Source: Candidatus Bathyarchaeota archaeon
GTDB taxonomy: Archaea > Thermoproteota > Bathyarchaeia > Bathyarchaeales > Bathycorpusculaceae
Direction: 5' to 3'
Assembly (NCBI GenBank): GCA_963832745.1
Contig: CAWHVC010000003.1
Span: 704,001-768,000 of the forward strand
DNA: 64,000 nt
The notes under the pieces are model-generated. The model was not told the origin of the DNA. It worked only from the letters and a program-made list of their open reading frames with translations, and did no database searches. Below, one piece after another: positions 30,878-40,338 of this stretch. Numbering within the stretch: the first letter of the stretch is position 1; the number at the start of each line of letters is the position of its first letter. The translations under genes and the position numbers were made by a program.

Positions 30878-31543
30878 ATGAATAAAAAAAATGTTCAAAA
30901 CTTGTGCTCTGTTTCCGATATCGACATTTTAACTGAACTTGGCAGCATCGGCGCAGGCAACGCAACGGTGGCGCTTTCAAAAATAATTCAGGAATCAATA
31001 AAGATTGAAGTGCCCACAATACATTTGTTACCTCCTCATTTGGTTCCAGGAATCTATGACAAGCATGATACGGTTGTCACTGCAATTTTTATGCAGTTAC
31101 GAGGCGATGCAGACTGTGATATTATGCTAATTTTTGAAGCTCAAGAAGCAACAAAAATTGCTGATTTAATGGCCCATTCTGCTGACTGTGAAAAGCCAGA
31201 GATGGAACAGTCTGCCATTGAAGAGTTGGGTTCTATAATGATTTGTTCATTCCTTAGTGCAATGGGCGACTTTACAGGTACGGAGCTTATACCGAGTCCG
31301 CCCGTGGTTTTGTGTGACTGTTTCGACGCAGTCATTGATAGTTTGCTGCTAAAACAGGCGCTCTGTTCAGATTTAGCAGTTATCTTTGATGCACGTTTCA
31401 AACGAAGCAACAGTTCAGCCGAGGGTTTCCTGATTACTTTCCCAAGTGCAAAGTTACGACAAATGCTTGCAGATAAAGGAAAGAAGTGGCTAGTAGATTG
31501 CACTGAACCTGAAAAAGCCGCAGCGGTAAAACAGACTTCTTAA
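30878..31543 (+). CDS. cheC: CheC paralog with ExxS at both sites
   Basis: DILTELGSIGAG and SAIEELGSIM. Confidence 0.85.
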   Translation: MNKKNVQNLCSVSDIDILTELGSIGAGNATVALSKIIQESIKIEVPTIHLLPPHLVPGIYDKHDTVVTAIFMQLRGDADCDIMLIFEAQEATKIADLMAHSADCEKPEMEQSAIEELGSIMICSFLSAMGDFTGTELIPSPPVVLCDCFDAVIDSLLLKQALCSDLAVIFDARFKRSNSSAEGFLITFPSAKLRQMLADKGKKWLVDCTEPEKAAAVKQTS

Positions 31544-31567
31544 ACTTACAAAAGGAGGCTTGTTGTT

Positions 31568-32428
31568 TTGGTTGAAACCGTAAAAACTCAAACGCAACCG
31601 GTTGGAGACTTTTTAGAAAACATGTCTTTTCAACGGTTAAAAAAGAACTTGCAGGAAAAAGTGGGTGTTAACTTTAGCGGTTACCGTGACGAGTACCTGA
31701 AACGGCGCATAAATATTCGTTTACGAGCGACTAACAATGAAACTTTGGGTCGTTACCTTCAGTATCTAGCAAAAAACCCTGATGAATATCAAGTATTGCT
31801 TAACGAAATCACTGTAAACTACACTACATTCATGCGTGACAACGACGTTTACCATTACCTTGAATATCAAGTGTTGCCCAAGATTTTCCAGAAGACGCCC
31901 GTACGCATTTGGAGTGCTGGCTGTGCTTCCGGAGAGGAGCCTTACTCACTTGCAATTTTAACGCATAAAATTTTAGGCGATAAACTTGCAAACCACAATG
32001 TCACAATTTACGCTTCAGACATTGACAAAGATGCCTTATCAAAAGCTGCCAAAGGTGAATATCAAGAAAAACAGGTTCAAAGTCTAAACGGGTTAATTGT
32101 AGATAATTACTTCACAAAAGAAAATGGTATCTACAAAATAAAAAATCATGTTAAGCAACTGGTTCGTTTTGAAGAATTCGATTTGATGAAGTCAGCAGCT
32201 CACACTAACCTTGACTTAATTTTGTGCCGTAACGTTATGATTTACTTTTCACGTGAAGGACAACAGAGAGTTCACATGAACTTTTACAATGCATTAAGAG
32301 ACGGCGGCTACTTTGTCAGCGGTAAAGCAGAAATTCTAAGTGGGGAACCAGCCGCAAAATTTGTGCCCATTGATATTAGAGCAAGGGTTTACCAAAGACA
32401 AAACGTTGCTTTTCAAATCAACGCTTAA
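31568..32428 (+). CDS. cheR: Chemoreceptor methyltransferase CheR
   Basis: RIWSAGCASGEEPYSLA, ASDID, LILCRNVMIYF. Confidence 0.96.
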   Translation: MVETVKTQTQPVGDFLENMSFQRLKKNLQEKVGVNFSGYRDEYLKRRINIRLRATNNETLGRYLQYLAKNPDEYQVLLNEITVNYTTFMRDNDVYHYLEYQVLPKIFQKTPVRIWSAGCASGEEPYSLAILTHKILGDKLANHNVTIYASDIDKDALSKAAKGEYQEKQVQSLNGLIVDNYFTKENGIYKIKNHVKQLVRFEEFDLMKSAAHTNLDLILCRNVMIYFSREGQQRVHMNFYNALRDGGYFVSGKAEILSGEPAAKFVPIDIRARVYQRQNVAFQINA

Positions 32429-32548
32429 CCTTTTTTTGTGTTAGTGTGTGTAACAGGAAAAGACACACGCAATCAAATAATCCTTTTTTCCCATTTAGAG
32501 TTCCGTGCCAATAAAGAGATGGTTACGACTGGAAAGCAGGTGGGTTAA

Positions 32549-34648
32549 TTGTCTTTAGATGATAATGACCAGTATATGCAATTATTCGTTGAAGAAGCTA
32601 AGGAACATATTGAAACATTAACAAAGTCACTATTAATTCTGGAAAAAGATCCTAAGAACCAAGAAATAGTTAACATGCTTTTCCGTTCAGCTCACACCCT
32701 TAAAGGTAGTTCAGGAATGATGGGTTTTAAGGACTTTCAAGAATTAACCCACGCGATGGAAGACATTTTTGACGGTATGCGTAAAGGCGAAAAACCAAAC
32801 AGCATCCTTGTTAGCACACTGCTTGAATGTGTTGACTCCCTGTCTACAAGGCTTGAACAGATACAAAACAAAATTGAAGAAGAAATCAACGTTGCAACTC
32901 TCAAACAAAAACTGCACAGCGTTTCAGAGTCCAACATGCCCCCTCAAGTAGAAAAACCTGCTGAAACAAAAACCCTCAATCCCCCCGCAGAAAAGCCGGT
33001 TGTTCCAGAAGTCAAGTTCGAGTTTGATGATAACCAAAAAGAAACAATAAAAAACGCTCAAGACATAGGTGAAAGCTGCTTTGTTGTTGACTTGAAATTC
33101 AGCGGTGATTGCAACTTTAGAAACCTGCGAGCTAGTATGCTTCTGAGTAAGATGGGCGAAATTGCTGACATTATTAAAACGTTGCCGGACCAAAAAGATC
33201 TTGATGAGCAAAAGCTCGGTTCAGGTTTCAAACTGGTAGTAACAACCAAGCAGAGCGATGCTGACATTGCTAAATGTGCCCAGCAAGTCTGTGAAGTTGA
33301 GCAGGTAAACGTTTTCCCCTTAGACTTAAACACTCCAGCAACTCCAGTAGCCCCTGCAACCATAACAGAAGCACCCGTTACTTCTCAGGCTTCGGTAGCC
33401 CCTGTTGAACCTAAAAATGAAACCCAAATTCACGCTGGCAGCCAAAACTCTGAAGAAGCCAAGGTTCTCTCAGAAGTACGTAGCGCCCAAACCGTTAGGG
33501 TAAAATTTGAACAACTTGACAAACTTATGAATTGGGTCGGCGAGCTTGTAATTAACAAAATTGCGTTGCTACAAGTAACTGCTGATAATCGTAATGAGAG
33601 CTTAAAACGTATCACGGAAAACATTGACCGTTTAACCGCCGATTTGCAAGACCTTGTTATGCAGGTACGAATGGTGCCTGTTAGCCAAATTTTTGACAGA
33701 TTCCCCCGTTTAGTACGGGACCTTTCAATGAAGAAGGGCAAACAAATCGATATAGTTATGGAAGGCAAAGAAATTGAAGTTGACAGAACAGTTCTTGACG
33801 AAATCGGAGAACCCCTAATTCACTTACTAAGAAACAGCATTGACCATGGCATCGAACAACCCACAGAAAGGCAAAAGAAAGGCAAAAAACCAGGCGGTAT
33901 AATCAAGCTGTCCGCGTTAAGAAACGGCGACCACGTAATCATTGAAATCGATGACGACGGAGCAGGCATTGACCCAGAAAAAATCAAAGAAAGCGCCATT
34001 CGCAAAGGCTTTATGAAAAAAGAAGAACTCGACAAAATGACTGACGATCAACTCATAAACCTAATATTTATGCCGGGATTCTCAACCGCTAAAGAAATCA
34101 CAGACACCAGTGGACGCGGCGTAGGTATGGATGTTGTAAAAACAAAAATTGCTGCTCTTGGCGGAACCGTTCATTTAGATACTGAAATCGGTAAAGGCAC
34201 AAAGACAAGTATCAAGTTGCCATTAACGTTAGCGATTATTCAGGCGATTCTGGTGAAAGATGCTGGACAAACGTTTGCGATACCTACAAGCCAAGTGTCT
34301 GAGATTGTGAAGTCAAGAAAAAACCAGGTGCAGTCCTTAGGAAAAACAGACGCTATCGTTGTTAGAAACCATGTTATCCCTGTTGTGCATCTTCACAAAA
34401 TGTTGGGGTTGGATGGCCCTGACGAGGAAGACCTTGAGTTGCTCATAACTTATTTGGGTGATGAGGATTCCAAGCTTGGTGTCGTAGTGGATTCAGTGCT
34501 AAGACAGCAGGACATACTTGTTAAGTCTATGAGTGAAACGCTTTCAGGAATCAAAGGAATCAGCGGCGCCACCATTTTGGGTGACGGCCAAGTAGTTTTA
34601 GTTCTTGATGTAAGACAGTTTACTCACAAGGTTCAAAACAAAGCCTAA
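32549..34648 (+). CDS. cheA: Chemotaxis histidine kinase CheA
   Basis: FRSAHTLKG Hpt, HLLRNSIDHG, DDGAG, GFSTA, GRGVGMDVV, C-terminal CheW-like domain. Confidence 0.97.
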   Translation: MSLDDNDQYMQLFVEEAKEHIETLTKSLLILEKDPKNQEIVNMLFRSAHTLKGSSGMMGFKDFQELTHAMEDIFDGMRKGEKPNSILVSTLLECVDSLSTRLEQIQNKIEEEINVATLKQKLHSVSESNMPPQVEKPAETKTLNPPAEKPVVPEVKFEFDDNQKETIKNAQDIGESCFVVDLKFSGDCNFRNLRASMLLSKMGEIADIIKTLPDQKDLDEQKLGSGFKLVVTTKQSDADIAKCAQQVCEVEQVNVFPLDLNTPATPVAPATITEAPVTSQASVAPVEPKNETQIHAGSQNSEEAKVLSEVRSAQTVRVKFEQLDKLMNWVGELVINKIALLQVTADNRNESLKRITENIDRLTADLQDLVMQVRMVPVSQIFDRFPRLVRDLSMKKGKQIDIVMEGKEIEVDRTVLDEIGEPLIHLLRNSIDHGIEQPTERQKKGKKPGGIIKLSALRNGDHVIIEIDDDGAGIDPEKIKESAIRKGFMKKEELDKMTDDQLINLIFMPGFSTAKEITDTSGRGVGMDVVKTKIAALGGTVHLDTEIGKGTKTSIKLPLTLAIIQAILVKDAGQTFAIPTSQVSEIVKSRKNQVQSLGKTDAIVVRNHVIPVVHLHKMLGLDGPDEEDLELLITYLGDEDSKLGVVVDSVLRQQDILVKSMSETLSGIKGISGATILGDGQVVLVLDVRQFTHKVQNKA

Positions 34649-34675
34649 CCACCTTTTTTGTGGTTACTTTTTTTT
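34646..34675 (+). terminator. Hairpin plus T-run after cheA
   Basis: TAACCAC/GTGGTTA 7-bp stem followed by T8. Confidence 0.5.
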
Positions 34676-34749
34676 GGGAATATTATAATTAATGGAAGTT
34701 CCCTTTTTAATTATTAACCGTTTTTATTTAATTATTGAAGGGAGCATTC

Positions 34750-35097
34750 ATGGTTGACCATACTGAGGTTAGATCAGAAAACGCGCGAAACGTCATTTTG
34801 AGTTATCAAGACGTAGTTTACTACATTAACCAAGTAAACGTGCAACTTCAAGAAGGCACCGAAAAAGTTAAAGCAACATTTCACGGCAAAAAAATAGGTG
34901 ACAACAAGCCTCGTAATCTTGAAATGGAAATCAGCCAAGCAGCCTACAACGTATTGCTAGATTACGCCAAACTCGACAAGCGTGATATGATGCTTGTTTT
35001 AGAAATCGAGGCAGGCGAAGCTAAATGGTGCTTGATGGATGAGAATTGGTTGAAGAACCAGATAGGTCTAGGTCCAAAACTCAGTTACATAATCTAA
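34750..35097 (+). CDS. Hypothetical protein between cheA and cheW
   Basis: ORF with GGAG RBS; no motif recognised. Confidence 0.7.
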   Translation: MVDHTEVRSENARNVILSYQDVVYYINQVNVQLQEGTEKVKATFHGKKIGDNKPRNLEMEISQAAYNVLLDYAKLDKRDMMLVLEIEAGEAKWCLMDENWLKNQIGLGPKLSYII

Positions 35098-35206
35098 CTT
35101 TTCTTTTTACGGTTCTGAACTGGTAATCAGTAGCTTGTTTTCATAAGCGTCAAATAAGGGATTTCCTCAACTATCTCTTAAGTAGTCCATAATAGGTGTA
35201 ACAGTA

Positions 35207-35716
35207 ATGGTAGATATCGACAGGAAATCCTCAAGAGAAGAAATGCAGATGCTCACGTTCTCGCTTGACAATGTCTATTACGGCGTTAACGTTCATCAAG
35301 TTAGAGAAGTAAAAAATTTTGAAGGCGTCACACCTGTCCCGTACGCTCCAGCATACGTTAAAGGTGTAACAAACCTCCGTGGCGAGGTTCTTCCAGTTAT
35401 TGACTTGCGTAGACGCTTCGGCATCACAGAACAAAAAGAGAATGAAAGCACTGGCATAATGATTATCGTTCAAGACAAACATCCAATCGGTGTTATGGTT
35501 GACAGCGTCATGGAAGTTTTAACCCTGCCAAAAGACGACATTGAAACAAACCCTGACAGCCTAATTGTTGACAAAAACGAGTCAGTGCTCGGCGTAGCAA
35601 AACATGACAAAGACTTAATCATACTGTTGGATCTCATGAAAGTCGTTTCAAAAGACGCTATCAACCGTATTGAAAACACCAAAGGATTTGAAGTAAAAAC
35701 AGAAAAACAGGCTTAG
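35207..35716 (+). CDS. cheW: CheW
   Basis: TPVPYAPAYVKGVTNLRGEVLPVIDL, GVMVDSV. Confidence 0.96.
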   Translation: MVDIDRKSSREEMQMLTFSLDNVYYGVNVHQVREVKNFEGVTPVPYAPAYVKGVTNLRGEVLPVIDLRRRFGITEQKENESTGIMIIVQDKHPIGVMVDSVMEVLTLPKDDIETNPDSLIVDKNESVLGVAKHDKDLIILLDLMKVVSKDAINRIENTKGFEVKTEKQA

Positions 35717-35754
35717 ATAGCCATTTCAGCACCACCACCTTTTGTTGATGTCTA

Positions 35755-36777
35755 ATGGCGCAAATAAGAGTTTTAGTCGTTGACGATTCTCTGCTTATGC
35801 AAAGGGTACTTTCTGACATTTTAAAACTGGACCCTAGAATATCAGTGATTGACACTGCACGTGACGGTGAAGAAGCAATCGCTAAAATCGCGGCGTTGCA
35901 TCCAGACGTTGTAACAATGGATGTTGAAATGCCTAAAATGAACGGTTTAACAGCCGTACGCAGAATCATGGAAACCAACCCTGTGCCTGTGGTGATGATT
36001 AGCGCTTTAACGCAGCACGAAGCTCAACTAACCTTGAAGGCGTTGGAGTATGGCGCTGTGGATTATGTTCCTAAACCTTCAGGCCAAATCTCACTAAACA
36101 TGGACAGCGTCAAAGACGAACTTATTTCTAAAATTAAAACCGCCGCTTCAGCAAACGTAAGACCCATCAAACTAGTCACTGAGGAAACATTGCCGTCTAC
36201 GATGGTAACTGGAAGTGCCAGCGACAAAATAATTTTTATCGCAGCCTCAACAGGTGGACCACCCGCCATCACAAGTGTTCTGCGAAACTTGCCCAGCGAC
36301 ATACCACCAATCCTAATAGTTCAACATATGCCAAAAGGCGTAACCAAACTATTTGCTGACGGGTTAAACCAAGAATGCAAATTCAAAGTGAAAGAAGCCG
36401 AAGAAGGTGACATGATCCAAGAAGGGCTTGCCCTAATTGCCCCCGGGGGTTTACATATGGTTGTAACAAAAGACGACAAAATCGCTCTGTCTAAGGAACC
36501 CCCAGTTAATTATGTGCGCCCCGCCGCGGATGTTACAATGTTCTCTCTTGCAGACGTTTATGGCTCTAAAAACGTAAGTGTAGTCCTTACGGGCATGGGT
36601 TCTGACGGCGCAAAAGGAGTGGTTGCCATCAAAGGGAAAGGTGGATACACTATTGCTCAGGATGAAAAAACCAGCATTGTTTACGGGATGCCAAAAATGG
36701 CTTTTGAAACTGGATGCGTTGACGTTGTTGTTCCTTTGGAAAGAATTCCAAGGGAAATCATTAAGGCTTTAAAATAA
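35755..36777 (+). CDS. cheB: CheB (receiver + methylesterase)
   Basis: VVDDS, MDVEMP, ASTGG, QHMP, LTGMGSDG. Confidence 0.97.
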   Translation: MAQIRVLVVDDSLLMQRVLSDILKLDPRISVIDTARDGEEAIAKIAALHPDVVTMDVEMPKMNGLTAVRRIMETNPVPVVMISALTQHEAQLTLKALEYGAVDYVPKPSGQISLNMDSVKDELISKIKTAASANVRPIKLVTEETLPSTMVTGSASDKIIFIAASTGGPPAITSVLRNLPSDIPPILIVQHMPKGVTKLFADGLNQECKFKVKEAEEGDMIQEGLALIAPGGLHMVVTKDDKIALSKEPPVNYVRPAADVTMFSLADVYGSKNVSVVLTGMGSDGAKGVVAIKGKGGYTIAQDEKTSIVYGMPKMAFETGCVDVVVPLERIPREIIKALK

Positions 36778-36882
36778 TAAACAATTTTTTAATTAATTAT
36801 TTTTGTTATGAATATCAAATTCATAATTTACTTATAAGCAAATGTCCAAAATGAATGGAGACACGCAGGAGCATTAATCAAA

Positions 36883-38382
36883 ATGGCAGTTGAAATCAAG
36901 GATAAATCGGACAAACGAAACCTGGACCTTGAAAAACAGGTTGAAAGATTAAATAATGAAAATAAACGATTACAAGAAGAAAATAAGCAGTTAGAACAAA
37001 AAATTATTGAGGTTTTAAACGACGCGATACAAGGTGCAGAAGGGACCTCAGCCTTGGCAGATCAAACAATTCAAAACGCTGCTAAAGCCGCGGAATTAGC
37101 CTACAACGCAGAACAATCTGCAGTCAAAGTGGCAGAGTTGGCTTCAAACGCGACTGAAGTAGTAAACAAAGTCATTTTTACAATAAAAAACGTGGAAGAG
37201 GCAGCAAACAAAGTAGCCTTAAGTGCAGACGGGGCAACCAAGTCAACAACTAAAGTAGTGGAAATGGGTAAACAAGCTGCTAACGTTTCTAACCAAATGG
37301 CTATCGGTATGCAGCAAGTCAGCACGGCATCTCAGCAGGTATCAACCGGTGCTCAAAAACTTGCAGACCTCTCACAAGATGCAGCTAGAAGTACTGAATC
37401 ACTAAAAAAAGTCATGGATGATGCAGGCTTAATCGCCAGAGAAGCTTCCGTTGTAACTGAAGAAGCTTTAAAGAAGTCAAAGGAAGCTAACGAGAAAGGC
37501 CAAAAAGGTTTAGTGGCAATCGAAAACATCAAAACAAACATTACACGCGTCTCCGAAGCAGTAACTTCAATGGTTAACTCAGTTGAGCAAGTTGGGGAAA
37601 TGGCTAACTCGGTTTCAGACATTGCGGGTCAAACTAACATGCTTGCACTTAATGCTGCTATTGAAGCTGCAAGAGCAGGCGAGGCAGGCAGAGGCTTTGC
37701 AGTTGTCGCTGACGCAGTAAAAGGTTTAGCAGGTCAATCTAAAATTGCTGCGCAATCATCAATTGACCTAGTTAAAGGTATTAAAGACGCGGGTTCCCAA
37801 ACAAGCAACATTTCCACTCAGTCACAGGCCGGAGCAGCTGAAGGCGCCACAGTGGTTTTAGGTGCAATCAAAGAATCTGAAGGTATAGCCATAATCATGG
37901 GTGAAATGACCGGTAAAGTCAACAACTTGACAAACGGTGTGGAACGTGGACTTGACGCGTTAAGTTCAGTAGTTAAAACTATTGAAGAAGTAGCTAGCAT
38001 AGCTGAAGAAAGCTCCTCAGCATCTGAAGAAGCATCCTCAGCTGTTGAAGAACAAACTGCTTCAGCACAAGAAATGGCTGCAATCGCTAAAGATGTTCAA
38101 GGAACCGCCGAGCAGGTTGAACAAATAACCAAAACCGTTGTTGCGGATGCCCAGGAAATGTCAAAGTTGGCTTTAGGCGTTGTTGGTGACTCTCAACAGA
38201 TCGAAGCGGCCACACAAGAGATTCTGTCTCAAGCAAACGCTGTAGGAAGCAACAATAATTTAGCAGTCAGTGAAATCACCGCTATGGCGGAAGCAACAGA
38301 AAAAATGAAAGCTGAAGTTGAGCAAGCCATTGAGCATCGAAAACAGTTGCTTCAAGAGTTTCTTAACAGGAAAAGCAGCTAA
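36883..38382 (+). CDS. Soluble methyl-accepting chemotaxis protein
   Basis: [27 protein letters not shown] hairpin tip; no TM segment. Confidence 0.93.
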   Translation: MAVEIKDKSDKRNLDLEKQVERLNNENKRLQEENKQLEQKIIEVLNDAIQGAEGTSALADQTIQNAAKAAELAYNAEQSAVKVAELASNATEVVNKVIFTIKNVEEAANKVALSADGATKSTTKVVEMGKQAANVSNQMAIGMQQVSTASQQVSTGAQKLADLSQDAARSTESLKKVMDDAGLIAREASVVTEEALKKSKEANEKGQKGLVAIENIKTNITRVSEAVTSMVNSVEQVGEMANSVSDIAGQTNMLALNAAIEAARAGEAGRGFAVVADAVKGLAGQSKIAAQSSIDLVKGIKDAGSQTSNISTQSQAGAAEGATVVLGAIKESEGIAIIMGEMTGKVNNLTNGVERGLDALSSVVKTIEEVASIAEESSSASEEASSAVEEQTASAQEMAAIAKDVQGTAEQVEQITKTVVADAQEMSKLALGVVGDSQQIEAATQEILSQANAVGSNNNLAVSEITAMAEATEKMKAEVEQAIEHRKQLLQEFLNRKSS

Positions 38383-38504
38383 ATCTAACTTTTTTCTTTT
38401 TGATTTTTCTTTTAACTCGGTTTAGTGTGTCGTTTTTGTGATAGACAAACGCTATTATGGCAAACTTGCCCTCTTACTGAATTAATAAGCAAAGGTGCCA
38501 GTTT

Positions 38505-39068
38505 ATGGGAACAGAAATTAGAACTTTCGCCACACTTAAAGACATAACCGAATACGTTGTTGACCAAACAGAACAACACCGGGCACTTCATGAAGACTAC
38601 AGCCAATGGCTAGGCACGTTACTTCGGGATTCTGAAATCAGTCACAAAAACGATGAATGGTACCAAAAATCTGTTGCCATGCAAAAAACAACTAAATCGC
38701 CTCCGAAGAAGGCTCCAGAAAAAAAGCCTGCTGGCAAAGGTAAAAAAGGCGAAGAAAACTCAATTTGGGTTCCCTCTGGCAGCATAATGCTTTCATCCAC
38801 CGATCAAGGTCAAGCTGAAATCCTATTTGAAGCAATAGAAAAGATTGGCACAAAAATTCAGGACCTTGAAAAACTTAAGGGTTCAATTCAGCAGCTTGAA
38901 CGGATTGGTTTAGGAAAAAACGTTAGTTATATCCTTTACATTGAAGATGATGTGCCAAAAAAGATTGTGGTTCAACCGAAAAATAACAACAGTGATGGCT
39001 CGTTTAAGTATGCTACAGAAATGTCCATTCAAGCGTACGTTAGCGAACCAATCGCAAGCACAGGTTAG
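38505..39068 (+). CDS. Hypothetical protein with Lys/Pro-rich linker
   Basis: 187-aa ORF, helical segments flanking KSPPKKAPEKKPAGKGKK. Confidence 0.7.
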   Translation: MGTEIRTFATLKDITEYVVDQTEQHRALHEDYSQWLGTLLRDSEISHKNDEWYQKSVAMQKTTKSPPKKAPEKKPAGKGKKGEENSIWVPSGSIMLSSTDQGQAEILFEAIEKIGTKIQDLEKLKGSIQQLERIGLGKNVSYILYIEDDVPKKIVVQPKNNNSDGSFKYATEMSIQAYVSEPIASTG

Positions 39069-39216
39069 CCACGAGATGTTCTCAATGCTTCCACTTTTTT
39101 GTGGAGCAGGAATCTACAAAGATTAAATATGAATTAACCAAAAAAATAGTGGGGAATAAAAAATCTGCCCAAAATACGCTGTCTCGGGCGTCACGGTTAC
39201 CGTTCGAATTGATAGC

Positions 39217-39675
39217 GTGCAGGCTGAAAGAACCAGTCAACTGTTCCCCAGTGCAGACATGTTTTTTGATATAAACGCTAAATTGGATGAGCAAAAGAAA
39301 GGCGCAAGCGACACAATTTTAGGCTTCAACCTTGTCATTTCAACTAAACCCAGTATCGTCAAATACTTGGTGGCCGGCACAGTAACTCTTGAAGGGCCAA
39401 CGGCAGACATCAAAAAGAAGCTTGAACCAAACCCTAAAACCAAAATTCCCCAAATACTCTTCGCCATTTATCAAGATGTGTTCAACTCCATCTACATCTT
39501 AGCCTCCATACTAAACGCGCCTTACCCGCCCCCTGACCTACTGCATCCAATGGCAGAAAAAATCCAAATACTTCCTTACACGCCGCCACAGCCGGAAACC
39601 CCGCAGTCAGCTGCAGCAGATGCGACAGAAGTTACTGCCGCTCCTGCAGGGGAAGCGCCAAAAGCAACCGCATAA
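39217..39675 (+). CDS. Hypothetical protein, possibly SecB-like fold
   Basis: Beta-strand pattern followed by a helix and LNAPYPPP; frame is open upstream to ~39160 so the start is uncertain. Confidence 0.6.
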   Translation: MQAERTSQLFPSADMFFDINAKLDEQKKGASDTILGFNLVISTKPSIVKYLVAGTVTLEGPTADIKKKLEPNPKTKIPQILFAIYQDVFNSIYILASILNAPYPPPDLLHPMAEKIQILPYTPPQPETPQSAAADATEVTAAPAGEAPKATA

Positions 39676-39685
39676 AACAGTCAGT

Positions 39686-39815
39686 CTATTTGGATCCTAT
39701 TAGAAACTCGTTGCAGAAACCTATAGGGTGTAGGTAGAAACCAGCCTAAGACTGCAAATCATTAAGGGGGGTAGGTGCTATTGGCTGAAAAACACGCCAT
39801 TAATATGTTAAAAAA
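39686..39815 (-). repeat. Intact copy of the dispersed element (arm A + 10 nt + arm B)
   Basis: Matches 5661-5715 and 6603-6667 in reverse orientation, in the same arm order. Confidence 0.85.
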
Positions 39816-39836
39816 TAGTAGAAAAAGGGTTTTGAG

Positions 39837-40331
39837 TTAAGCTGTAGTTGAGGGCTTGTCTTCCGAAAGACTATCTCTTACTGGGTTGACACGCTTGTTT
39901 TTCCGATACAAAATCAATCCTTCAGCCAAAAACAGTCCCGCAGAAATGCCAGTTATCGGCAACAGGTACATTACCGCCAAGCTTGGAGTCACATTTTGCC
40001 AAAAGAACTGAACCGTCAAGATTGCTGCTTCAACGCTAAGTATGCCAAAGAAAAAGAGGGAATAACAAAGCAGTCGCGGGACAAGGTTTCTGCCTATCCA
40101 CAGGTGACCGCTTATGCTTGTCTTCTCTTTTACTACATATGAGCCGTACACGTTTTTTTCCAGTAAGCCAAGGGACTCAAGTTTCTGCAGTTGTCGATAG
40201 GCGGTGCTTGGACTGCTAAGGTTTGCGCCACGCATAACTTCTCTTGGACCTACAGGTTTGCCTTCCTTAACCACGAAAGCGTACACGTTAAGTGTGTTGC
40301 CTTCAAGTTCTCCACAGTCCAAGTTAGCCAT
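39837..40331 (-). CDS. Winged-HTH protein with two C-terminal TM helices
   Basis: VGPREVMRGANLSSPSTAYRQLQKLESLGLLEK; probable ATG start at 40331. Confidence 0.8.
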   Translation of the reverse strand: MANLDCGELEGNTLNVYAFVVKEGKPVGPREVMRGANLSSPSTAYRQLQKLESLGLLEKNVYGSYVVKEKTSISGHLWIGRNLVPRLLCYSLFFFGILSVEAAILTVQFFWQNVTPSLAVMYLLPITGISAGLFLAEGLILYRKNKRVNPVRDSLSEDKPSTTA

Positions 40332-40338
40332 TGCCTTT

